Part shown: one piece after another, positions 26,883 through 40,806 of the stretch
Position numbering within the stretch: position 1 is the first letter of the stretch
How the letters are laid out: each line of letters starts with the position of its first letter
Origin: Azolla caroliniana
Taxonomy: Eukaryota; Plantae; Polypodiophyta
Assembly (NCBI GenBank): GCA_043228905.1
Contig: JBHGNT010000001.1
Location: 33,294,001 to 33,358,000, forward strand
DNA: 64,000 nt
Direction: 5' to 3'
Notes under the pieces: generated by a model
What the model saw: only the letters and a program-made list of their open reading frames with translations
Told to the model about the DNA's origin: nothing
The model's database searches: none
Made by a program: the position numbers and the translations under genes

Positions 26883-28395
26883 CTTCTCACTAACAAGGTC
26901 ATGCTTTCACCATAGTGTTGGTCATTAGTTGGCGCCCTTAACTACACCATGTTCATAATATATCACATTAATTCCTACAACAATTATTTAGCTTATTTCT
27001 CTATGTTTTCATGCTTCCCATGCGAAGTTTTTTATTAATTTTTATTGTTTTGATTCTAAGCATTTAGTGTGTATAATCTATTAATTTATCCTCAAGTATT
27101 GAGGTGCCTTAATGTTCCTCGTTATTTTATTAGCTTCTCATTTCCACTAGTTTCTAAAGAAAAGGAATGAAGGGATCGTGTGTTTGTGATACTTCTCAAG
27201 ATGAGTCGGAAAAATGAAGTGTGCTTGCACATTAGGATCTCTTTTGAGAGTGGTCCCAAGAAATAATGGTTTCTTTTCGCGGCCTTTTAAGTCTATCAAG
27301 AGATTTGAGTGATTATGGATCAAATAGATTCTTTGACTCTAGTTCAAATGAAATAGCCTTCTCAATCCAGAACTAACTAATTCACCTACATGTACCAACA
27401 AGAACATGATCATCCATCTCCCATGACCAACAATCTAGTATATAATCCTCCCCCTCCCCCCCTAAAAAAAGAAGCTCAATCCCTACATTTGAGGACATGC
27501 ACAAGGCAACCCTTAGGAGTTCTAGGGGGTCCTAGACGAATATCTCAAGTCCAGAGTGTCACAAGTCTTGACTATTGCTAGGTCAGAAGTTTGTTTCGAA
27601 CAAAGAAGTTCTTTGGACTTGCATGGTTTAAGTGATAGGGGATGTTCATTAATAATAGAACTTCTTTATTGCGTCAAACTATGAAAATGGAATCTCCTAA
27701 TCATGGCTTTCTGCACAACATTGTTTAATCCTCTTATTCTTATTTTGTTCCCTTTCACATGTATGCTTAAGTTTTCCTAATGCTATTTTCTAGGGTTTCC
27801 GATATCCACCCACCCGCATTGATGACATCATAAACTTCAAATTATTTTCATTCTCTATTAAAAATTCTAAAATTCTAAAATTTGCAAGCCAATATGTGGT
27901 GTGACGCGAATGGGGCTAAGCTTTGAAACCATTACATTTTCGTCAATCTCATTTTGCACTTTACTCTCACATGTATCTTGCTATTTGCACTTTAACAAAT
28001 CAGCCATACACCACATAAAGGACTATTTCTATGGTAACTTACATTTATGGATGTTGATTTCAGACATTGAAGTTCCTAATGGCTAGAGTTTCTCGAAAGT
28101 TAACAATACTTCTCTTCTTGATTAATTTGATAAAACATAAAAAGAACTCATTTTCCAAACAACATACAAACCCACAAAATGTTGATACTTACAAATCAAT
28201 GACGGTTGAGTATAACAACTTTTCCTTTTATAAATGATTGTCAATATCATTGCTCAAATCACATTTTTGAGACTTTGAGAAATGCTTACGCAACACCTAT
28301 AAGAAAATTGAGGTGTATGAACACAAATGTATTGTCAATGCATGAGAAAGGTTTGTAAAATCCCACTCAAGCAAGTAGGAACCAAGTCATCAAGA

Positions 28396-30358
28396 CTATC
28401 TTGAGAATATGGCAATGTGTGGCATGATCACCGATCCCATCCAAAGTTTCCCGTCTCTCTCCTCCACTTCACTAACAAACTTCATAGTCTTACCAGTTGC
28501 ATCTTCTAGGACCTCAAGAATTTTCCCTTGTTCATCGAATAAGATCACCATGGCATGTGGGCTTGTACCAAGAAAAATTCTATTGAGTTGCTTGAAGGAA
28601 AGAGGTAGTTGAAGTAGGGCTCTTCGCAACCAAGGATACTTCAACAACAACCATGCGGATCGAGATTGACGACAATAGATAGCAACCCAAAATTGTCCCT
28701 TCTTGTTCGCTCTCACATTGTCGGGGAATCCTGGCAAGTTAGCAAATGTCTCCATGGTACCAGCTTTTTCTCCCTTAAGCCAATACTTGTTCAATCTATA
28801 GGACAAATACAAATTCACACTTGGGTTAGATTCCCATGAATTGATGTCTCTCAATTCGACCAATGTTGTATCAAGGGACATCAATAAGTTTACTCTTAAT
28901 GCTAGAAAATTTTGCGTAAATATCAATAATTTTACTCGTAGTTAAACATAAACTGTACCTTGTTTGTCCAGTCTCACAAAATACTAAGAAGGAGCCATCT
29001 TTGCTGACCGAAACACCATTTGGAGATAGCAATCCGCGAAGGAGAACTTTCACTTCACCTGTCTTAGGGTCATAGCACAAGAGTCGTCCACTACGATCTC
29101 CCGAGAATGCAGTTAATAGAAATACACTGTGCCATGTCAAGGCTGAGATCAGATCAAGATGGACTATATGACAAAAGCATTGACAACATATATATGTATC
29201 AGTATGTACCAAATTGTAGAATTTAGTATCAACTTGTGTAACATTTGTTTTCTTGCACTACTAAAAATGGATATACCATAGCAATGCTTTCCTTCATCAA
29301 TCATTTATATCTTTACAAGTTCCCATCAAAGTGAAGGGGGGATGAGAGTATACCTTCGTGGGTAGAGATCACTCGTGACCGAGAAGTAAACAAGACCATC
29401 CGGGCTAATATCAAGATCGTTGGTGAAGGCGAATTTGGAGCCCTCGGCTTCGCTAACTAGATACTTGGGTTGGCCACCATGTGGCTCCACAACGAGGAGA
29501 CCAAAGTACGAGTCCGCAATGTACAATTGCCCGGTGCTCTTCATGAAGCGAAGGCCGAGCGGCCGGCCACATTCATGCTCATGGGCTATGTTTGGAGCCG
29601 GAGGAGACTGGGGCTTACAATTCTCGGTCCTATTAAGAGTGAAAAATAAAAAACAAAACAAAAAAGGAGCTGAAAACGCAGAGTGGGGCTAAATCCAAGC
29701 AATTCACTCCTGGTATAAAGTTGTATAAGGGAACCAGTTTAGGGTTATTTTTTTTAAATGATCTGTGATTCACTCCTGGTAGAAAAGTTGTATAAAAGAA
29801 CCCAGTAAGGTTAGGGCTAGAGAAGCCATATCCATTAGGCTAACTTTGAATTATTCAAATGATTAAATAGGAAGGTTAGCAAATAACCCATCAATCCTAA
29901 TCTACAGATCTAGGCAGAGCAAATCCCAAAGAAGGAAACAAACTAGTGAAGAATTGAAGGTTTTACGGGTTGAGTTTATAGGGAACTAGAATTTGGTACT
30001 TGAGAAAGAGAACATACCCATTGGGATAGATGGTGGCAAACTCTGTCCATCCAATGTCCGGGCCGTCCCATCGGAGGATGCGTCCGTCGGCCATGCCAGT
30101 GTAGGGCCCGCGCCCGTGCGGGTCGAATGCAAGGCTCTCTGGTCCGATCACTTCCCGAGAGAACACGATCTCCGCGCTCTCGAGCTTGTTGTGGGGATCT
30201 CTAGGGAACTCATGATTGAGGTGGAAAGGCCGGACGGGTATCGGGCCTGCCTCGAACTCTGGATAATTCGCGATAATCCGGAGCTTCAGAGGATCAATTG
30301 CTATGAAACTCCCAAGCAGGAGTACCAATATAGCACAAATTCCCCCATAACCCACCAT
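28396..30358 (-). CDS. Strictosidine synthase-like (SSL) beta-propeller protein, 394 aa
   Basis: Exons 30358-30018, 29629-29354, 29126-28959, 28795-28396 total 1185 nt. N-terminal hydrophobic anchor; motifs GPESLAFD, GPYTGMADGRILRW, CGRPLGLRF, FTNDLDI, GRLLCYDP, PNGVSVS, LPGFPDNVR, VSEVEERDGKLWMGS. Confidence 0.95.
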
Positions 30359-32269
30359 CTTCTTACAACCCCCCTTTGTGTGGTCTTCTTCTTCCTCCTC
30401 CACCTCCTCGTTTAGGTAGGGAACTAACTTTCCCAACCTTTTTCCTTTATATGCCCCTCAATGTCCCCTCTTGCCCAAAGAGAGTTTTCTTTTCTTCACT
30501 AATTCCCGGAGACCGAGACCGCTCCTCATGGTCAACCTCGGAAGAGCCATCGTCACATAGCCCTCGAGCAATTTTATGGACCCAACACCCCCCCCCCATT
30601 TTTTCCCCCTTTTGAGGATTAAATAATTTGTTGTGACATTTTCTAGTCAAAGAGATACCTCCTAGTATTAAGTCGATTATTCTTTGCTTCACACCGAACG
30701 TCTATACATCGACATCTCACCTAATTCGCATCACTCACGAGGAGCAGGGGTTTGCCTTAAATTCCATGTGTATTACAAACGGTTATACCCTACATACAAC
30801 TATGCAATATGAATCGTCCTATATTTCAATGCAATCGTAATGGTGGGAACACAATAATATGAAAATATATTGAAGGCACCTATAAATTGTCATCGCCCAT
30901 ACACCAAATATAACAAAACTATCATCATGACATGGTAGCAAAGGACATGTTTGGGTGGTGAATCAACAATATACATTTACTTTTCAAATTGAATTAAGAC
31001 ATGGCTCAATACAACAAAGATGTTTGAATTTGAACAATACAAGTTGAAGATCTTAGGTCTTCGATTTTACATGGGTATAATGGTTGTGTTTGTGAGGCCT
31101 ATGAGGAAACCATGAAGTAAATAACTTGTTGTGGGGGTTCAAAGGCCATGTAGAATGAACCCTTGGAAAATAGACATGGTGTTGAGATGATAGTAAACAA
31201 TTGGTTGCTAGAAAGACGTGATGATAGCACAACATTTCATTTAAGAGCTAAGAGATACCTCATAGGAAGGTTAGGTTCATGATCCACACAATAGTAAATA
31301 GCAAAAAAGGCAGGGTTGTAATCAAGCATTGTTATAGAAGCCACATCTTACTATCGTCAGGGTGGTCACAAGGCCATGGAACAAAACCACAAAAAGGGGA
31401 GTTATTTTATTGATGTGGTGTGAAACGATCAATCATAAAAGTGTATGGGAGTTAGTAAAGGCATTCCATATCATAGCATGAATGCGAAGACAGATGTTTG
31501 AGAAATCAGAAGATAAAGTCCTACATTTTACTTAAGGGGAGAAGTTTTAGTGTTCCAAAAAAGGAGCTACTTTCCCATTAGTTAGGAGAGATTTTTACGG
31601 AGAGACTTTTACAAAAAGGCTATATATATATATCTCGTATTTTTATGCAGGTTTGCACAAGAGGGTTAAATTTGCTAAGAGTTCGTTTTTAAAGACAAAA
31701 GTTTCATTGGTTTCCCAATTTTAGATAGATTCAAGATTAGAACTTGACATGTAGTTCAATATATTTAATAATCATTAAAATGTAGCTTGATGTGGGCCAA
31801 TTAAATTAATAAAATGTTATTACAATGTCTTCTTCATAAGTTTGTTTTGAAACCCAAATCCATCCACAACACAAAATTAAATTAATATACAACTATTACA
31901 ATGTCTTCTTCATGAGTTTATTTTCGGGCCCTAATCCATCCATGGTTTTCATCAACCATGAACTATCATAAGATGCCAAGACACAAGTTTGCGAGTCAAA
32001 CATAGTACTTTTTGGATCACGTAAGGGAATATTCGTGGGGTAAACAAGGGAGTTTTAGGTGCATGCTCATGTTCTCAATAAATGTCTCTGTCATACCTCA
32101 TGGAAACCCAGTGTATTATTCTACATAAATACAATTTGATATTACAACTAGTGGTTTATTATACAAAAACAAAGCATATTGAATGAAGCATTAAAAATCT
32201 TGATTAGAGGACATACCTTGATTATTTCTTGTTCGACATTTTCGTTACTCATATACAATGTTGGAAGGA

Positions 32270-33028
32270 TTCTTCTTCTTTGGTTCCTTGAATTGGTGTG
32301 AAAATGCATTATCGAGAAGAAAACCATTCATAAGGTTTTTCACAAATGTATCTATTGGCAAATTCGTTTGCTTGCACCAAATTTCACACATGCATGCCAA
32401 CACACTAGAGGAGTATGGATTTCGCTTGTAAAAACGCATTCATCAATTACTCATTGTGAGGATGTTTATTCTCTTGATGTATGGATATGACGTGAATAAA
32501 TCATGTGCATTTATGCCAACACATGTACATATATTTGAATGGGAGGAGTTTGCAGATACTATTGTGATGAGATATGGTTTGATGGAAAAAAATTTGATCC
32601 GTTTGAATCCACAAATACAAACTGATAAACCTCAAATATGGCAATTGGTAAGTAGTGTAGCAATTTGGTATATTTGGAAGGCTCGATGTTTGAAGGTATT
32701 TCAAAATGTGACTGAAAGACCTACCCAAATAATTTCGAGAATTTGGATAGAGATTGTGCATAATCTCAGAGGGTTGTTGGATAGTAGAAAAGGTAATACG
32801 CACCAAGTGGAGCTTAAGCGTTTGGAGTTTCATGCCATCTAGGACATAGGTATATTTATAGACGGCTTTCTAATAAGGTGGAGTGGTTTTACTCAGCACC
32901 AAAATATTTATTTAAGCCGATGGTTAGAATTTAGAAAAATACATGAAATTTGTGATATATCTTGCATGTATAGCCTTATGGCATTTTCTAATACTAATGT
33001 AATGTAGTATATTTGTTTAGAAAAAAAA
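32270..33028 (+). mobile_element. 5'-truncated L1-type LINE 3' end with poly(A)
   Basis: ORF2 C-terminus AIWYIWKARCLKVFQ...IWIEIVHNLRG; ends in an A-run at ~33021-33028. Confidence 0.8.
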
Positions 33029-34332
33029 TACATGTACATATATGTTCCCATGCACGGGTGAGCCAAGCATGTGGGAATGTGCACGCGTGGTGGCCGTATT
33101 CTAGATTATTAGGAGATGGAAATGACACATGAAGTGATAAAATGCTTTCGAAATTCATTAAATTTTTCATTAATTGTGTTTTAATTTGCATAAATCACAT
33201 TTTGAAATACAATTTAATACATGCCATAATTCAAATTACTCATAAAACTTTGAATACTATTCAAAACATGCTAACTTTTGATAAGACCACGGTGGTTGTT
33301 TCCTCCATAGGTGGAGTTTGTTTTACCTTATGAAATAGAGGGGGCTCTATTGTTTTCTCGTGTATCTTACCCTCCACTAGATTGTATCATTATATGCTTT
33401 GTATACAGTTATTGGATTGGTAATGGAAACTACGGTGTAGTTTTGGAAAAAAAGAAGCTTATGATAAGACCAACCCAATATTTCAATTGCATTTTGTTAT
33501 TTTCCCTAACTTTTTATGGTGCAAACACGAACTTTAAAACACAAAAAATATTTTGAAAGTGTTAGAAGTTTCCTATTTGTAAACTTGGCTTTGTACAACA
33601 CCGTTACACCACCAGAACATTGAGTTTCTTGGCATTGCAATCTATTACCCTAGTTTTTTAGAGCAACTTCAATGCCTAACACAAGCATGTTTTCGTAATA
33701 TAATTTGTACAACTTAATATTTAAAATGTACACCTCTCTTGAATTCGAAAATTGTTTGACAATTATATAAAGATCACCATCTGATGTTACCTTATTATCC
33801 TTGATGGTCATAATTGAGGGCATATCATACCTTCTCCTCCATGAACTCACTTGACTCCCTATTTTCTAGCTCGAGAACATTGTTGACGTATTGGCTTTGT
33901 CGTAGTTTTTTGGAAGTGACTTTCATAGTCTTTTTGTATGTGATGTTTTCTTGAACTTTTATATATCACTTACAAGAAAGTAACGGATAATAAGACGTTT
34001 GCAAAATATTTTAGATTTTTTATCATTTATCAACAAGATGATTAGGTCAAAGATTGACTTTTGTTATATGTTTGATTATAATAACTTGGGGCAACCATCT
34101 ATTGGCCGACCAACTTTTTTTGTCAAAATTTGTGAACATCTCGATTGTTTCTTCACTACCCATGTCAACCACTTTACTTTTTGGCTTGAGCTTCAACAAA
34201 TCAAACCTAATGCAGAAAACTTGTTTGGGTAACTTAGTGATCTCTAATCGCGTCTTCAATATTATCTTCTTCAAGCTCAAGAGTGGTATCAAGAATATGT
34301 AAACAACAACTATGACAGGTAGAGTTACCACG

Positions 34333-34537
34333 ATTGGAGTTTCATCCCAAATGGGACAAATGAATATTTTATAAGGAAAGTTATGACAAGGTGCAATGGT
34401 TTTACTCTACACCGAAGTATTTATTTAAGCAAATAGTTAGAACTTAACCTTGATCAAAATACATTGGTATTACCTATATGTACAACCCTAGGGCGTTTCT
34501 TAATACAGATGTAGTATCTTTACTTCAAAAGAAAAAC
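34333..34537 (+). mobile_element. Short 3' fragment of the same LINE family as 32270-33028
   Basis: TTGGAGTTTCAT...GGTTTTACTC...TATTTATTTAAGC...GTTAGAA...TGTAGTAT + A-rich tail, colinear with 32822-33028. Confidence 0.7.
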
Positions 34538-35129
34538 ATTGTGAAACGATTATCATGTCAAATGTTACAATGCTATATACAAGATGTCACAATGATAAAA
34601 ATCTAAACACAGACATCTCCATCTTTTCGAACATCAAAGCAATCGAGCCACCCACGATAATCTCGTCTACGAACCAGTAGCATGATAAGGATCAATAACA
34701 TGCATCATGGTCAACGTCTAAGATGTATCCAAAATTATTATTGTATTAAGATTAGTACCATGTTGGTTAAAGCCTAAGATGTATCCCAAATTATGCATGA
34801 CATTTTGTATGATCATGAAACCATCCTCCCCACTCCGCTCTTCAATGACGAGTTCTATGAATAGCGATGTTGCATGCATAAGTAGGTCTTGACTAATGAG
34901 CTTTGGAGATGGTTGACACAATTCCCTGTTAGACAAAAATGTCTCAATCTTATGTTTCATGAAGACTAACGCAATCAAGTTACTAACAATAATCTAGCCC
35001 AAGGTTCTTTAAAAAATATTAATGGTCCTACAATGTACCCCAAATGGTAGGTGATATTTTGTCATCCTCCCCTATCCCCACCCCTTTGATGTCAAGTTCT
35101 GGTGCATGAAGTAAGTGATCAACTTTAGT

Positions 35130-35965
35130 AACTAATTAACAAGTTACACATGTAAAGTTGATTAATTAAGCGGTTGTTAGAAGAAAATATTGAGCTTGGG
35201 AATGCTTTGGTGGACATGTATGCTATATGTGGCAAGCTTGAAAAAGCACAAAAAATAGTCAATGATCTTTCAATTTGAGATGTGGTCTCTTAGAATTCTT
35301 TGATATCAGGATATGCTGAAAAGGGTCATATTGAAAAAGCACTAGATTCTTTAAAAAAATGTAACTCGAGGGTCAAATCTTGCCAAATGCGGTACATGTT
35401 GTTAATGTTGGCATTTGCTGAACAATAACTGAGGCCCGCGAGTTTTATTTTTTGGATGAATTATTGTTGATTGGAGATGTGGTACAAGGGATTGCCATGT
35501 TATTGGGCTATATTGAGGATGATAAGAATGAGGATACTATATAATTTTATCCTCAAATGCTTGTGCAAGGTTTCCTCTTACCTAATATGATGACATTTTC
35601 TAGTATGTTGAAAGCATGTGGCAACATGGGAGAATTGATTGTACATTCTAAAATGAAATTAGATTTTGTGATGGATGGAGTTGTGGGATAGATTGGCTTC
35701 AATAGTTGCACAATCTCTACGGAAAGCATAACGTTGTAACTGATGTGTTAATGCATTCCGAGATTATTTAAGCATTCATTTTAAGCCCTTCAAATTGACA
35801 TCAACAATCACTATGCTTGCATTTGTTGAGTAATAATTGAAGCCCAAGAGCCTTTTGATGAATTATTGCTAGTTGGAGATGTGGTACAAGGGATTTCCAT
35901 ATTATTGGGCTATACTAACCAAGATAAGAATGAGGATGCTATACAATGTGTTCCAAGGTAGGTCT
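35130..35965 (+). pseudogene. PLS-class PPR gene fragments (decayed, internally duplicated)
   Basis: LGNALVDMYAICGKLEKAQ..DVVS*NSLISGYAEKG and PNMMTFSSMLKACGN. Stops and frameshifts present; ~35450-35540 is repeated at ~35853-35942. Confidence 0.8.
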
Positions 35966-38536
35966 TGGGCTTATTTCCTAACCTATGTATAGCCATTTGG
36001 CAACAATACAACATGTATTATCTACACTCAACTAGTTCACAATCAATCAACATGTCATGGATGCATTTACTGATGAGATTAACATGGATTTCTATATCGA
36101 TGGTGGTTGTATATAAGGGAACCGGAATCTGCAACCTATGGACATGAATATATCATGGATGTTGAGAAACATGCAATGAAATTTCTACCCATAATGCATA
36201 GATCTAGGGGAACTTGAGTTCACAAATCAAGGGACATGAACCCAAGCTCAGGGCTTGGAGAAAGCAAGGAATATTGAACATCAATGTACAAAAAACTATG
36301 TGTGGTTATTGTATATACACATCAAATCAGCCATGATGAGAGTACAAGGGAATCAATTGGTATTTCCAACACAACTTTTGTATTTCTTATGATTTTATAA
36401 TACCAGGGCATATCTTTTTGTCAAAAAAAAAAAACTAGTTCACGATCAACCATGTCAACTTAATAGTTGAGTTGGTCATGTGTTTCCCAATAGCCATCGG
36501 ATGCAATAACACTTGCTAACTAGGTGTTAAGATTCTTATTGTTTGAGCATAAGTGAGTAACTAATTAGGAACATGCTCATGCCACTAAGAGCTTTATACC
36601 AATTGGCCTATTTCCTTCATATATCATTAGTTGCGGCTCTTGTTCGCATGAGCACAATCCTATTGGTTACCAATGTGTGGATTCGTGACTATACATACTA
36701 TCCTTTCATAATATGAGTTTGTTGTTGATTTTCCTATGTCAAGTGGTTATGAGGAAGTTAATTTTGGTCACCTATCGAGATTACTATTGGCTTACCAAAT
36801 TTACCTCCTATTGGTAACCCTGTCATAGGAGTGTTATCAAATTTGGTATGAAAGCATTGCCCTTCCATCCAAGCTAATATGTATTCCAGGGTATCATATC
36901 CTGCTTTCCTTCCACATACATCCCAACACAATTGATGCAAAAATGAGTTCTTCTCCTCTACTTTTGCATTAAACCATAACAATCTTGTGTGACTTCTACT
37001 AGTAATCCACAATATTACACTAATATCGATTGTGTGCCCGTGCCTTGATATCAATTTCTTTCTAAGGCATCTCCATGTTGATGATATCCTAAGACTCTGT
37101 ATTTGCCATAACATCATTATGTTTTATATACAACGTCCTTTAATGTCCAACCCACAATGTCATGAAGTGTGGCCCAATATTGTTGAGTTATTGTCTCCTC
37201 ACCCACGATCATAGTTTCTATGCAGGGTAGTTTAAGAATATCTACATGAATTCCTTTTGTATCTCCTTCATCCGTCCAAGGTTCAACATTTTCTCAACTA
37301 CTACTATGTGGACCAATGGAAGCAAAGAATTGTTCATGATGGTTATTGTCCCTCTCACAAAAGTGACCACCATAATGTCTTTCAATGCTAAGAGAAATTT
37401 ATGTTAACATGGAAGTGTCTAGCTCTCATCAGAGGCTTCTATTCTACCAATAGTTTGCCAAATTTTAAGTTAGCATGAGATAATGATGGACAACAAACCT
37501 ATAAAGCCTACTAATTAATTGTATTATTCAATGTGATGTAACACTCAAATGTTTGTTATGGTTGCTTTCAAGGACGAAGATAAACATTAACTATTATTCG
37601 AGAGACGGTCGTGCCAACTTCTCTGTAATACTTGATCATTGTTGTGCTCACCCCGAAAAAAACAAAATTGGAACAAAATGGCCCACAAGGTGGGTCCTTG
37701 AATTAACTTGTTTAACTTGCTTTTTGTTGTTAATACTTTTTTACTTTTTTGTAGTGGCATGATATTGGAACTATGAATTAATATAGAACAAGTAATAATT
37801 AAGACAACTATTATGTTTCACGTAGTGATCGTGAGATTATGTAATAGGCTGAAATCCAAACAATACATTTGATTGTGTAATAGTTGTTTAAAAGGTGTAA
37901 CACTATAAGTTGTGTAAAAGGTACAGAAAATACCACTAAAAGTTTAGTATTAAACTCTATCCCCTTCCGAATTCTGGAAATATTGATTCTAGGTTTGGGA
38001 GAAAAGGGGAACATAGTATCATGACTAATCAAATTTGTAGAAATTCAAGTATATTGACACAACTATACAATCCCATGCACCAAAGTTAAAATCCTTGGTA
38101 TATATTAAGTGATATATGAGATGCCACTTTGCTAAGTTTGGGCTAAAGAAGTGACAAGTTAGTCATGGTGGACAATCTTATCAACTCAACTACAAATGCT
38201 TAGGCCCTTGATATCATAATTATGTTGTTCTCCTAAGATCATAACTCGCGTGCCTTTGGCAAATGTAATAAAATAATACACACAAAAAGAAAAATTGTCC
38301 AAAGATAAATGATCATCATAATAGTTGAGTTGTTTAAGGAGATAATTTCAAGTATAGGTCCAAAAGTAACTCAAGCTCCCGGATAGAATTAATACTTCTT
38401 TGAACTTACTCACAAAGTTAGGCATTGAGGTAAAATCATGGCATAATCTTTCTTGTAAGAAGCTATGCAAGGCACGATGAAAAACCTAGTGGGGGATGAA
38501 TATATACTTATTTTATGCATGCTAAGAATAGTAAGT

Positions 38537-40157
38537 CTTTTATATTTTTATTTTTTTAAGGAAGATACACCTTAGTATATTACTTGAAAAGTCTACATAA
38601 GAAAAACAAAAGGAGACATTTCATCTCACTTCTTTTTGTAATATACAAAAGCTAGTACATCTTATGATATAGATGATGTCATATATGAACAAGTAGAACA
38701 ATACTTACTATCCACTATCCAACATAAACGAAGGTATGGCATAATTCCACTTTGGACCAGCAATTGTCTCTGAAAATAATTGGACTCATTGCCATCGGTT
38801 TAAAGGCCACTTGTTGTTGCCACAAAACATCATCCAAACCCTGCAGATCATCATATTGGCCATGAAGTGTGTGAACAAACAACATCCAAAAATCAATAAG
38901 CATAGTGTTGAGCTGTATATGGGCATTGTTAAAAATAGAATCACGTCTCGCTTTCCATATTATCCAAAGAGCCAATGACGTAATTGTACGCCAAATGACC
39001 AGATTTTAAATTCTGAACCATGAAATAGAAGAAGGAAACAAGGTGAGAGAGAGGTGTCCATAAGAAAAATGAAAAACATGAGAAGCCATGCATACTTTCA
39101 TACCTCTTAACCTCTCCATGAAGGACACCCCACAATACTGTGTTAGGAAATAGGTCCCTCCGGATGGGAAGTGAGAAGAACAGTGCTGATGAGAATCTCG
39201 GCCGAGGCCGAAACCGGATGAAGAGTACCCGGCTACGGAGGACCCGGTGAGAACCGGATGAGGAGTACCCGGCAAGCGCCGGATGAGGAGTACCCGGCTA
39301 CGGAAGATCCGGTGCGAACCGGATGAGGGGTACCCGGCTACGGAAGACCCGGTGAGAATCGGATGAGGAGTACCCGGCAAGAGTCGGATGATGAAGGCCC
39401 GGTAAAAAGTGCTCACCGGATGAAGGGACATATTCGTAAATATGTTTTCTGAGAGTCCATCGGGGATATATTTGTAAATAGCCGAAAAGTCATATTAGTA
39501 TAAATATGACGTAGGGCAAACTTAGGGTGCAGCAGTTGTCATTCTTGTTGGTGCAAGATTAGTGCATGCAACTGTGTACAGAGAGAGTGAGAGAGAGGAA
39601 GAGGTCGTTGCCTTTGATTGTAACCGCCGCCTGTGGCGAAGATAGCAAGCTCGAGGTCGTGGCCTCGATGCTTTCTTATTGTACATTATGACATAGTGAT
39701 AGTTTGCGGTCTGTGGGCTGTCGTGGTTTTTCCCGAGTTTGGGTTTTCCACGTAAACATCCTATGTACTCTTCTCTCTATCGTGTTGTGTTTCATTCCCT
39801 GTTTTTTTTTCCTGTGTTTTATTCTAGGCTCGGTTGTGGCCGAGCATTGTTCATCGGGAGCGTGTAGTTCCTGTCATACTGCACCCCAAGTGAATATTGA
39901 TCGAGAGTAGTGTTGTCTCAACAATAAAAACAACTTCAAAATTTCTTAATCTTGAGACGTAACCAAAACACATGCAAAATCAATTTAGTAGGTGCGTCAC
40001 AATGCAATCCACAAGCATATTGTTGATCATGTCTCAACCAATCACCAACAGGAAGAGCATAATGAATCAGCAGCCATTGAAAGTAAATAACTTTCGGCAA
40101 TTGCATGCTCCACAACCATTTCCAAAATTTTGCAAGTTGTACCTGCACATTATTCTC

Positions 40158-40160
<3 letters not shown>
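38537..40160 (-). mobile_element. L1-type LINE 3' portion (copy A), interrupted by a solo LTR
   Basis: zf-RVT-like FWKWLWSMQLPKVIYFQWLLIHYALPVGDWL...C..HC...HVFW (40148-39950), then ALWIIWKARRDSIFNN (~38972). T-rich tail on the plus strand at ~38538-38557. Confidence 0.85.
39141..39876 (+). mobile_element. Solo LTR (736 bp) with perfect 5-bp TSD TACTG
   Basis: Termini TGTTAGGAA...TTCCTGTCA; TACTG at 39136-39140 and 39877-39881; TATA-like TATAAAT at ~39499; CCGGATGAGGAGTACCCGGC repeats at 39212-39422. Confidence 0.92.
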
Positions 40161-40161
<1 letters not shown>

Positions 40162-40192
<31 letters not shown>

Positions 40193-40806
40193 TTATTTAT
40201 TTATTTATTTATTAAAGCATTATGCACCTTAGTGTATTACTTGAAAAGTTCTACGTGGAAAAACTGAATGAGACATTTCATCTCACTTCTTTTTGTAATA
40301 TACAAAAGCTAGTATGTACATCTGATCAAACAGATGATGTCATATATGAACAAGTAGAACAATACTTACTATCCACTATCCAACATAAAAGAAGGTATGG
40401 CATAATTCCACTTTGGACCAACAATTGTCTCTAAAACTAATTGGAGTCTTTGCCATCGGTTTTTAAAGGCCACTTGTCATTGCCAAAAACATCATCCGAA
40501 CCCTGTAGATCATCATATTGACCATGTAGTGTGTGAACAAACAACATCCAGAATTCAATAAGCATAGTGTTGAGCTGTATGTGGGCATTGTTAAAAATAT
40601 AATCACATCTCACTTTCCATATTATCCAAAGAGCCAATGACATAATAGTGCGCCAAATGACCAGATTGGGGTGCAGTATTGTGGGGTGTCCTTCATGGAG
40701 AGGTTATGAGGTATGAAAGTATGCATGCTTCTCATGTTTTTCATTTTTTTATGGACAGCTCTCTCGCGCCTCGTTTCCTTTTCTATTCCACGGTTCAGAA
40801 TTAAAA
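40162..40806 (-). mobile_element. L1-type LINE (copy B) with 5' inversion and (TA)n/(TAAA)n tail
   Basis: 40224-40667 is colinear with 38567-39005. 40666-40806 is the reverse complement of 39004-39140 plus 39882-39888. Confidence 0.85.

Noticed and set aside
30359-30436. Acidic N-terminal extension of SSL in the ORF track
   Set aside because: It starts at TTG; the first in-frame ATG is at 30358, just before the hydrophobic anchor.
39006-39431. 141-aa minus-strand ORF with repeated RLPGTPHP
   Set aside because: Reads through the tandem repeats of the solo LTR.
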